Source of the DNA: a virus
Lineage: Duplodnaviria > Caudoviricetes
Direction: 5' to 3' (one strand)
IMG/VR virus record: IMGVR_UViG_3300033434_000365
Coordinates: 1-29,554 of that record
DNA: 29,554 nucleotides
Shown: piece after piece, positions 1 through 7,700 of the stretch
Position numbering within the stretch: position 1 is the first letter of the stretch
How the letters are laid out: the number at the start of each line of letters is the position of its first letter
Notes under the pieces: model-generated
Told to the model about the DNA's origin: nothing
The model's database searches: none
The model's input: only the letters and a program-made list of their open reading frames with translations
Position numbers and translations under genes: made by a program

Positions 1-149
1 TTAACCTGGGCTTCGTAGCTTGATAACTGCTCTTCCTGATCGGTCGATACCCGGCAGTATGCGGCCACTCGTATTTTCTTTAATTCCAGATTTTCCGCAA
101 GGCTTGTCCGGTTCGCCTTTGCTGGTATAACGGTAATGTTTTTTGCCAT
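1..149 (-). CDS. Second serine recombinase, N-terminal fragment (runs off the left edge; not in the ORF track)
   Basis: Minus strand GAGGAGGTTATGAAAA-ATG at 149 translates as MAKNITVIPAKANRTSLAENLELKKIRVAAYCRVSTDQEEQLSSYEAQV, containing the catalytic Y-x-R-x-S motif. Confidence 0.9.
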   Translation of the reverse strand, partial: MAKNITVIPAKANRTSLAENLELKKIRVAAYCRVSTDQEEQLSSYEAQV

Positions 150-1302
150 TTTTCATAACCTCCTCGACCACGGTTTTGGTTTGTATATTCATTCTGCCAA
201 TTACATCATCTTCAATCGCTGTACCCTGGCAGGCGTTTTTCCCATTTTTAACGTAAGTGCTGCATTGCCATACAACTTTTTTGCAGTAATGTTTGCTGTT
301 CCAAATTCGCCGGCGCAAAGGCGCACCACACTTACTGCACAGCAGCATCCCCGTCAGCGGATAGCGATTTTGGTACTTATTTTTTGTTTCCTCTACATTG
401 CCCTTAGCCTTGGCGCGCAAAACAATCAGTCTTTGCGCTTCATCCCAGACTTCTCTGCTTACAATTGGCGGATGATTATTCTCGATATAATAACTGTCGA
501 TTTCACCGCGATTGACGCACTTCTTTTTGCTTATATGATCCTTGCTGTAAGTCTTTTGCAGTTTGACGTCGCCTTTGTACTTTTCATTTTTGAGCATGCC
601 CAGCACCGTATCCGAGTGCCATTTGCCCCCGGCTACAGTGCCAACCCCCTCAGCGTTCAATGCTTTTGCAATAACAAAGCTTCCCTTGCCGCCTACATAG
701 TCGCGGAAGATCCGCCGCACAATTTCAGCTTGGTCCGGATTAATCACCAAGTCTCCCTGCTGATTTTTGTCATACCCCAAAAAGCGAGTGGTATTAATGA
801 CAACTTTGCCCTCTTCAAACTTTCGCCGATAACGCCACTTTAAATTTTCGCTTGCGCTTTTGCTTTCTTCCTGGGCAAAAGAAGAAAGGACAGTAAGCAT
901 TACCTCACCGTCCCCGCTGGTACTGGATATATTTTCTTTCTCGAAAAACACCTCAACGTCCAGTTCCTTCAATTCTCTCACCATTTCTAGTACGATGGTC
1001 GTATTTCTGGCAAAACGCGAGATGGATTTCGTAAGAATTAAATCGATTTCTCCGGCCCTTGCCAAAGCCAGCATCTTCTGAAACTCTGGCCGCTCATCTT
1101 TGGTGCCGGTTATTCCTTGGTCAGCAAAGACGCCAACATACTCATATTCCGGATTAGCTTCGATCAAATTACGGTAGTAGGTAGTTTGGTTATCCAAGGA
1201 TTCCCCTTGGGCTTCGCTGGCAGAAGATACCCTGGCATAAGCGCAGACCCTTTTGCATTGGGGCGTCATCACGCTCACTGGTTCAATGATTCTGACCTTC
1301 AT
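1..1302 (-). CDS. Large serine recombinase (resolvase, recombinase and Zn-ribbon domains)
   Basis: Motifs AYARVSS, TKSISRFARN and FAQEES; recombinase domain (GYD...W...LKNEKYKG); Zn ribbon CSKCG...WQC...C. Probable start MKVRII at 1302 after RBS GAGAGGAG. Confidence 0.93.
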   Translation of the reverse strand: MKVRIIEPVSVMTPQCKRVCAYARVSSASEAQGESLDNQTTYYRNLIEANPEYEYVGVFADQGITGTKDERPEFQKMLALARAGEIDLILTKSISRFARNTTIVLEMVRELKELDVEVFFEKENISSTSGDGEVMLTVLSSFAQEESKSASENLKWRYRRKFEEGKVVINTTRFLGYDKNQQGDLVINPDQAEIVRRIFRDYVGGKGSFVIAKALNAEGVGTVAGGKWHSDTVLGMLKNEKYKGDVKLQKTYSKDHISKKKCVNRGEIDSYYIENNHPPIVSREVWDEAQRLIVLRAKAKGNVEETKNKYQNRYPLTGMLLCSKCGAPLRRRIWNSKHYCKKVVWQCSTYVKNGKNACQGTAIEDDVIGRMNIQTKTVVEEVMKNGKKHYRYTSKGEPDKPCGKSGIKENTSGRILPGIDRSGRAVIKLRSPG

Positions 1303-1334
1303 ATGGCTTCTCCTCTCTATCAAATTCCAGTACT

Positions 1335-1365
1335 ATACATCACTCTGAAGCACCGTAAAGTCAAG
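1335..1365 (-). promoter_or_regulatory. Promoter-like motif CTTG-N15-AGAGTGATRTAT upstream of the recombinases (copy 1 of 3)
   Basis: Minus strand CTTGACTTTACGGTGCTTCAGAGTGATGTAT; same consensus and spacing as 22060-22090 and 22518-22548. Confidence 0.7.
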
Positions 1366-1377
1366 TTAATAGAGCCG

Positions 1378-1998
1378 TCAAAACCGCCATACGTGCTTGA
1401 CCTCCCAACCGGAGGCCTTTATTTTTCCCTTCGCCAAATCCTCCGGCACCAGATGCACTTCCGCCGCCAAGGCTTTATTAGGAGCATAGTTTCGCTGCAC
1501 TCCAACCGGAATATAGGCATCATCGCGGTGGCTTCCCACCCCTGTAGAAAGTTCCCAAGCTTTGTCCAGATTAATTTTCAGTACATCCACCTTGTACTCG
1601 TTATCGTTTTTGACCACCGCCGTCCGGTCAGTCTTTTCCAGTGCCGCAGGCGGCAAGGTCGCATCCAGCTTATTGATTCTCTCCGCCACCTGCTCAGCCG
1701 CAACCTCTAGCGATGGCGCGCTTACGGTAAAACTGGCAACAGGCGGCTTAGCTTTCAGTTCATCATACGCCGCCTGCAGTTCCTTAGCGTTCATCTGTGA
1801 GATATGAAGGGCTTTGCCAAGTTCCTGCGATTGCTCCAGCTGTTCCTGCTGCAGCACCACTGCCTGTCGGTACTGTTCCTCTGCTTTTTGGGTACGCTGC
1901 CAAAACCAGAAAAGCATCGTGCTTATTAATAGGAAGCAAACAATCAGCCACTTGTTTTGCTTAAAGGCAGTTATCCACGTTTGGAACACCTGGATCAT
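1378..1998 (-). CDS. Lysis-cassette membrane protein, candidate spanin (TM anchor, coiled coil, C-terminal beta-strands)
   Basis: Lies directly after holin and endolysin. TM segment WLIVCFLLISTMLFWFW, Q/E-rich helix, amphipathic strands ending ...GWEVKHVWRF. The CDS is clear; the function is inferred. Confidence 0.6.
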   Translation of the reverse strand: MIQVFQTWITAFKQNKWLIVCFLLISTMLFWFWQRTQKAEEQYRQAVVLQQEQLEQSQELGKALHISQMNAKELQAAYDELKAKPPVASFTVSAPSLEVAAEQVAERINKLDATLPPAALEKTDRTAVVKNDNEYKVDVLKINLDKAWELSTGVGSHRDDAYIPVGVQRNYAPNKALAAEVHLVPEDLAKGKIKASGWEVKHVWRF

Positions 1999-2001
1999 AC
2001 C

Positions 2002-2586
2002 TCATCCCTCCATCGCTACAAAATAATCGGTCACTCCCCGCGCAATCGCTCTCGCATATCGGTCCTGCCAAGCAGCATCCGCTAGTAGTTCCGCTTCCTC
2101 TTCGTTAGAAATAAAGGCCATTTCCGCCAAACAAGCCGGCGCATCAGTATGGACCAATACATAAAAGCGAGACTCTTTATCGGGATCACCATCCGAGTAA
2201 TCCGTCCTTCCTGCTCGATCTGGAAATTCGGCGGCAATCTGCCTATAAAGGCAGGTCGCAAGCGCGTCTCCCAGAGTATCCCCTGGCGAAGTCCAAACCT
2301 CATAGCCTCGCGCACTCGAGTTTTCAGCGCTATTGCAATGAAGAGAAATAAAAATATCGGCAACCCATTCATTTGCTAGAGCTGTCCGATAGCTTAGATC
2401 GTCTGTATCTGCTTGTTCCCAGTCGGTCCGAGTCAGTTTCACCTCATACCCTACATTAGATAGGTAGTTTTCTACCAGCCGCGAAATCATCAGCGCGACA
2501 TCCGCTTCCTGCAAGCCCGTCGTTCTATTTACCGCACCGGGATCAATGTTTCGGCCTGCGTGGCCAGGGTCGATTACAATACGCAT
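2002..2586 (-). CDS. Endolysin, N-acetylmuramoyl-L-alanine amidase (Amidase_3), catalytic domain only
   Basis: Zn-amidase motifs IDPGHAG, LQEAD, FISLHCNS and LAEMAFISN. Probable start MRIVID at 2586 after GAGGTG. Confidence 0.95.
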   Translation of the reverse strand: MRIVIDPGHAGRNIDPGAVNRTTGLQEADVALMISRLVENYLSNVGYEVKLTRTDWEQADTDDLSYRTALANEWVADIFISLHCNSAENSSARGYEVWTSPGDTLGDALATCLYRQIAAEFPDRAGRTDYSDGDPDKESRFYVLVHTDAPACLAEMAFISNEEEAELLADAAWQDRYARAIARGVTDYFVAMEG

Positions 2587-2596
2587 AAAATCCACC

Positions 2597-3028
2597 TCAC
2601 TTCTTATCGTTCAAAGATTCCTTTTCACTTCTTAGCTGCACCAGCTTCTCCCGAATAAATGCGGGAATATACTCGCCATACCCCATGCGGTCCAAGTTCT
2701 CAACAATGCTCAAGCCCTCATTGCCCAGATACGCAAAGATCACCATAGACCTGCAGGTGCTGATGCCAAAAATACTAACATCGATCCAGTGGGCCATAAT
2801 GACGATCAGCAGCATAACGACCTTGCGCTTTATCCCCTCAAAGCCTTTTTTGCTATCTAGCGTTGCCGTCTTCCATGCAGCGATCAATCCGGTCACATAA
2901 TCAATCACAACAAAAACCAGAAGCGCCGTGATCAGCTTGTCGACACCACCGACAAGAAAGGAAAAAGCCGCGCCTATGGCTGAAAACAATGCCATAATGC
3001 GCAGCTCAATTTGTGTGTATTCAATCAT
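2597..3028 (-). CDS. Phage holin (holin_4 / toxin-secretion-phage-lysis family)
   Basis: 2-3 TM segments; family motifs IDYVTG, S-x-x-G-x-x-G-I-x-RK and NEGLSIVENL-x-x-MG; adjacent to the endolysin. Confidence 0.92.
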   Translation of the reverse strand: MIEYTQIELRIMALFSAIGAAFSFLVGGVDKLITALLVFVVIDYVTGLIAAWKTATLDSKKGFEGIKRKVVMLLIVIMAHWIDVSIFGISTCRSMVIFAYLGNEGLSIVENLDRMGYGEYIPAFIREKLVQLRSEKESLNDKK

Positions 3029-3043
3029 TTCTCATCCCCCTCT

Positions 3044-3682
3044 CTATACCAAGCCATAGCTGCTCAGCGCCGCTTTTAGCGCTCGCACATCATCAGCTAG
3101 TTCCTCGCATTTATCCCGCAGCGTCTGCACCTCCGCCTGCGAATAAGCCGCGCTGATGGTCAGTCCGCCGATTTCATTGTCCGTATTGCCCAAGGTGACC
3201 GTGGTTTTCGCAACCGGAGCAGAGCCAAAAAAGCCAACGGCAGTGGGATTAACCGGCAGTTTCACGCCTACAGGATAAAAGGCGTCGCTGGCTGTATTTC
3301 GATACCCCAGCACCAGCCGGTTATAGGCTTTCGTCGTGCTGGCCGCAGCGGTCGTCAAAGATGCTGTATACACAGTAACCGCCGCATCGTTTGTTTCCGA
3401 CAGATCCACATACGCCATCTGGTTGTCGCTGAGCGTCACGCCGCCCGCAGCCACGGTGTTTTGAATCAGCTGGCCGTCAGCGCGGACAAATAAAATCCGC
3501 AAGGTGCTGCTCCAGGTGAGCTGCCCGCTGGCCGAAGAATAATTGATAACCCCGTCACAATGGACAATGACGTTCTTAGTATAAGAAATAGCCCGGTCCA
3601 AGTCCGACAGCGGCGCTTCCATCGAGGATGCCGCAAAGATTGTCGTTCCATCTGCATAGGCCGTATGAAAGTTTGCCCCCAT
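3044..3682 (-). CDS. Minor tail / short fibre protein
   Basis: Last gene before the holin. Beta-rich N-terminus; C-terminal GFFG-x-x-PV...ALKAALSSYGLV helix of the kind seen in small trimeric fibre proteins. Confidence 0.55.
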   Translation of the reverse strand: MGANFHTAYADGTTIFAASSMEAPLSDLDRAISYTKNVIVHCDGVINYSSASGQLTWSSTLRILFVRADGQLIQNTVAAGGVTLSDNQMAYVDLSETNDAAVTVYTASLTTAAASTTKAYNRLVLGYRNTASDAFYPVGVKLPVNPTAVGFFGSAPVAKTTVTLGNTDNEIGGLTISAAYSQAEVQTLRDKCEELADDVRALKAALSSYGLV

Positions 3683-3694
3683 TTTATCTCCTCC

Positions 3695-4705
3695 TTATAA
3701 CTGCAGCAAAGCCTGTCCATAGGCGTAGTACTCACCCTGGGACAACGTGAATTCAATATTGACCAGCGTCCCGGCAGTGCCTTCGGTGTAGGTGAAGGTA
3801 AAACTGCTGCCGCTTCCCGTATTGCCGCTGGCCGGCGCTATGCTGCCGTCGCCGCTGGCGATAGTTGCTGTAATGTTCCAGCCCAAGGAAGTGGTGATGG
3901 CGTTGCCGTACTGATCTTTCACACTGGCCACGATGCTCCAGGTAGTGCCGTTGTCGGTCGCGGTTGTGGCAATCGACGCCGGCACCGGCGCTGACCAGAT
4001 CTGACCAATATCGGCTGCAGTAATGACCGTCTGTCCACCGCGCATCAGCAAGTAGCCGATCGGCAAATGACCACTGGGAAGCGCAGGCTTACTTTCGACT
4101 GTAGTGAACGCCGCCCCGGCGGTCTTAGTGACAATCAGAGAAGGCGAAAGGCTGAACAGGTCATAGCGAAACTGTCCCGCGCTCGGCGCTGAAATGTTGA
4201 ACACCCCAGCCGCTTCGCCCATGGCGATGCCCATATTCATTTTGAACACACTGCCAACCGCCATAGTCACCGCCGGAACCATGTACTCTACGCCACCGAA
4301 CCTTGCCCAGCCTGTAGTTACATAAACGCTCATCCTCGCAGTCTGAGGTATGGCTTTGATCAAACAACCAGCCAAGATGGCGTCGTTTGGCGTATCGGGC
4401 GTTGGCGTCGCGTTGCCGCTTACCGGCGTCGGTATGGCCCTGCCGAAACCCACTACTTCAATATAGCCTCGTATGCCGCCGCGATGGGCGATCCGCACCG
4501 CTTGTCCCGGCTTGGCCCACTCCGGCACAGTAGCCCAGTTCTGCGGAAAGCGGGCGATAACGAGTTCACTCGAGCCTTGTATCTTGCAGCGACAAACCCG
4601 CTCGGCCAACAGAACGTCCCACAGCACCGCATCCCGGCTTTCAGCGGCCTGTTTTGTTGCCTTGTCCGCCGCCCCGCGAATCAAGCGCTTGCCATAGGTC
4701 CTCAT
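3695..4705 (-). CDS. Tail-tip protein (OB-fold-like N-terminus, baseplate/fibre-attachment-like middle domain, Ig-like C-terminus)
   Basis: Position after the hub gene with ATGA overlap at 4702-4705. Middle segment GCLIKA...MSVYVTTG...RYDL...PALPSGHLPIG...ITAADI resembles minor-tail domains; C-terminal VKDQYGN is Big-domain-like. Confidence 0.6.
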   Translation of the reverse strand: MRTYGKRLIRGAADKATKQAAESRDAVLWDVLLAERVCRCKIQGSSELVIARFPQNWATVPEWAKPGQAVRIAHRGGIRGYIEVVGFGRAIPTPVSGNATPTPDTPNDAILAGCLIKAIPQTARMSVYVTTGWARFGGVEYMVPAVTMAVGSVFKMNMGIAMGEAAGVFNISAPSAGQFRYDLFSLSPSLIVTKTAGAAFTTVESKPALPSGHLPIGYLLMRGGQTVITAADIGQIWSAPVPASIATTATDNGTTWSIVASVKDQYGNAITTSLGWNITATIASGDGSIAPASGNTGSGSSFTFTYTEGTAGTLVNIEFTLSQGEYYAYGQALLQL

Positions 4706-7700
4706 AGCACCCACCCCTCGACGCTGTCCATGTATTCGCCGCTTCCGCCATTGCCGGGAATGGTCATCCTCCTTGTCAGATTGGTCACAAACAGTTTAAG
4801 CGGAGCGCCAGTGTAGGGATGGGGAACTTGCAGAGTATCTCCGGCGTCATCCTGCAAATGGGCTGTTTTGGAGAATTTCACCCGCCGGCGCTGCGCCTGC
4901 AGAATCCAGAGTTCCCGCTGGGCCACCTGCTGCGCCTGACTGGCGTCATAAACCAGCGGATCATCAATGCGGGTTTCAATCACCGTCCCCCGCAGGTCGT
5001 TCTGTAGCTCCGTATCATTGGCGGACGCTTCGAAAGTCTGGTATGTCTGGCCGATCGGGCAGGCATGGATGGTAAAAGCATAGTTCCCTACAGCCGCAAG
5101 GCACTGGAGAGCGATATACAGTCCGGCATCCTTCATCCAGCTTCCCCGCTTGCTTTCCGCCGGTTCGCTGATCGTTCCCACGGCGGGCGGCTGACTTTTG
5201 CCCAGCACAAATAAAGCGATAGCCGCTACCAGCACCGGCATTAGGTTCGGCCCTTCGGAGGTCACCTCCACCCAGTGTCCAGCCGGGTCAACAGCCGATA
5301 TCCACTGCTTCATCTGTCCGCCCATCTTAAAGCCGATAGACGACACATTCTGCGTGATCTCAAGTCTCGGCCGCGCCGCCCGTTTTTGATGGTCGTCGCT
5401 GTAATAAATTCGATGCACCTGCTTATGCTGGAAAAAGCCAAGCGTCCCCGATTCGCTGCCGATGCTCTCCTCAGCCGTTTCCACATCAAGAGGTGTTCGC
5501 CCCTCGCCGGTAACGGTGACCCGGTTCGTCAGATTGCTGTAACTGTCGTCCGGTGAAAACTCCAGCAAATTGGCCGCTGAACCGTAGATATGATTGATGG
5601 AGTTATTCTTGGCGATGCGCCGCGCCCGGACGGCATCGTCCGCCAGCGACACATCCATATAGTAGCCATACCGGTTGGTGATGCTCTCCACCGCCGCTTT
5701 GACGGTCGTGTCCAGCCATTGGTAGTACAGCACATTCTCGCCGCTCATGACGCTTAGATCCAAGTCTGTCTGCTCAATTCCCGCATAGTTCTGCAGAAGA
5801 TTGCCGAGCGCAGCATCCGGCGTAATCCCGCTGTAATACACGCTGGCGACAATGCCCAAGTTCTCCCACAGCGTTCTCCGGTCCTCACACTCAACAGATA
5901 TGACCGGATAGTTTCCACGTTTATATGACAGCTTGACTCCCGTCAGCACATACACGCTGGTTCCTTCCTGCCAGTAATCCACGCCATCGATTTTCTCGCC
6001 CCAACGCAAGGTAATTTTCTTTCCCTTTTTCAGATAGCGCGAAAGCAATGAGGCTTGATTGTGAGGATCGTACAGGTGCCCTTTGTCCAAGGAAAAAGTC
6101 AGTTTGCCCGGCTGTCCGTCAATGCTCCGTGTCTGCTCAATCGCCTGCCCGCGCACCAGTCCAGCGGACAAATCCAGCATTCCAGCTTCCTTGTCCCAAT
6201 ACAGCTGCTCTCCCGCGCTGCTATTCCAGCGGGTCCAAAACGCATACAGACCGCTGGTAGCCGGGTCAACCGAAAGTGCGGCCGAATAGTCACGACTGCC
6301 TTTTACCAGCGGAGCCGGAGCGCCAAAATTCCAAATCCCGCCGGAATACAGCGCGTCGATATACTGGGTTTGCTCAATTTTCCCGGCCACCGGAAAGGCA
6401 ACCACGCCTGTGAACTGATTGATCGTATCGCGCACGCCCATAAATATCAATTCATTGCCAGCATCATAGGAAATAGCAGAACCGATGAATTCGCTGATGC
6501 CTGTAGGAAATACTCCCGGCGTAGTCGTGTTATTGATCAAGTTCCATGTTTCGGTCTGCGTGTCCAGCAAAGCCACGCCACCCTTGCAGGATGCCACGAT
6601 ATTACCGTTAGATGTCGCCGTAAGATTTCTAAACTGAGCATCCTGCGGACCACCGGAGATAATCCCGGACGGCAGATACCACTTGGCCGCGCCGCTCGCC
6701 AAATCAACCGATACGACACCCCAGTAGTTTGACTGCCCGTAGCTTGTTGTATAAAGCCACTGTCCCGCATAAAGCTTGCCGCCGACAATAACCGGATTGC
6801 CCGCACCGTAATAGGGGAAATTGGTCAGGCTGTCCTGATAGTAGTAGTGCCGGTACAAGCCCCCGCCGCTCAACAGAAAAACTCGGATGCTGCCGGCCCA
6901 GGAAATACCGCCAGTCAGACCTTTGGTGCAGTAGATCAGATACCCGTTTGCCTTATCAAGCACCATGCTGTCTGCCATGGTATCGATCGTATCCGGAATC
7001 GTTGCGCTGAAAATGTCGGTCGTAAACGTCGTAAAAACAGTGCATGACGGATTCGCCTGCGTATAATCGAGCGTCAGTATTTGGGCAGTGCAACTGTTGC
7101 CCGTTTTCATAAAGCCGAAGTACAGCGTGTTCGTGTCCGCATCAATTTGGACCCCGGTGAGATATTCCCAATGATACGTGCTGCTCCAGGGAACATTGGC
7201 TACATTTTGCGTAAGGCCGTAGTTGCTGTTGTCCTCCAGCGACAATATCTTCATGCTGTTGGCGGAGTCATCCAGCACCAGAATCTGCGCATCCTGAGCC
7301 AGCATGGCAAGAATAGAGCCGCTGCCATGACAATAAAAAACATGGTTTTCCCGGAAAAACTGCGGGATGGCCGGCACTGTGTTCCCATTCCAGAACCGGT
7401 CAATTGCCCAGGTGTCCACGTCGATTCTCACAATTCCATAAACGGCTTTGGTGCCAACATACGTGTTACCATACACCGCATAAAGCTTGCGCGTGGACGG
7501 ATTGAAATGCAGGCATTTGATTGCCTGACTACCCTCATCCGTCCAGTACGGGCTGGACTTATCCATCACAAGCGAGGTTCTGACGGAATCATAGGCCAGC
7601 ACGATTTCCGCGGCTAATTTCTGCACTGCGGCTGGCCGTCTGGCGATTTCCGAAGGCGCGGTGAAGCTAGTCAGGCTGACCGCCGCGCTCCAGGTTGCCC

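Noticed and set aside
136-843. 235-aa hydrophobic plus-strand ORF
   Set aside because: Antisense shadow of the serine recombinase; no RBS or recognisable motif.
1117-2026. Plus-strand ORFs over the lysis gene (including Cys-rich 1814-2026) as a possible o-spanin
   Set aside because: Wrong strand for the late operon and no signal peptide or lipobox; the Cys/Ser richness is the reverse complement of Gln/Glu codons.
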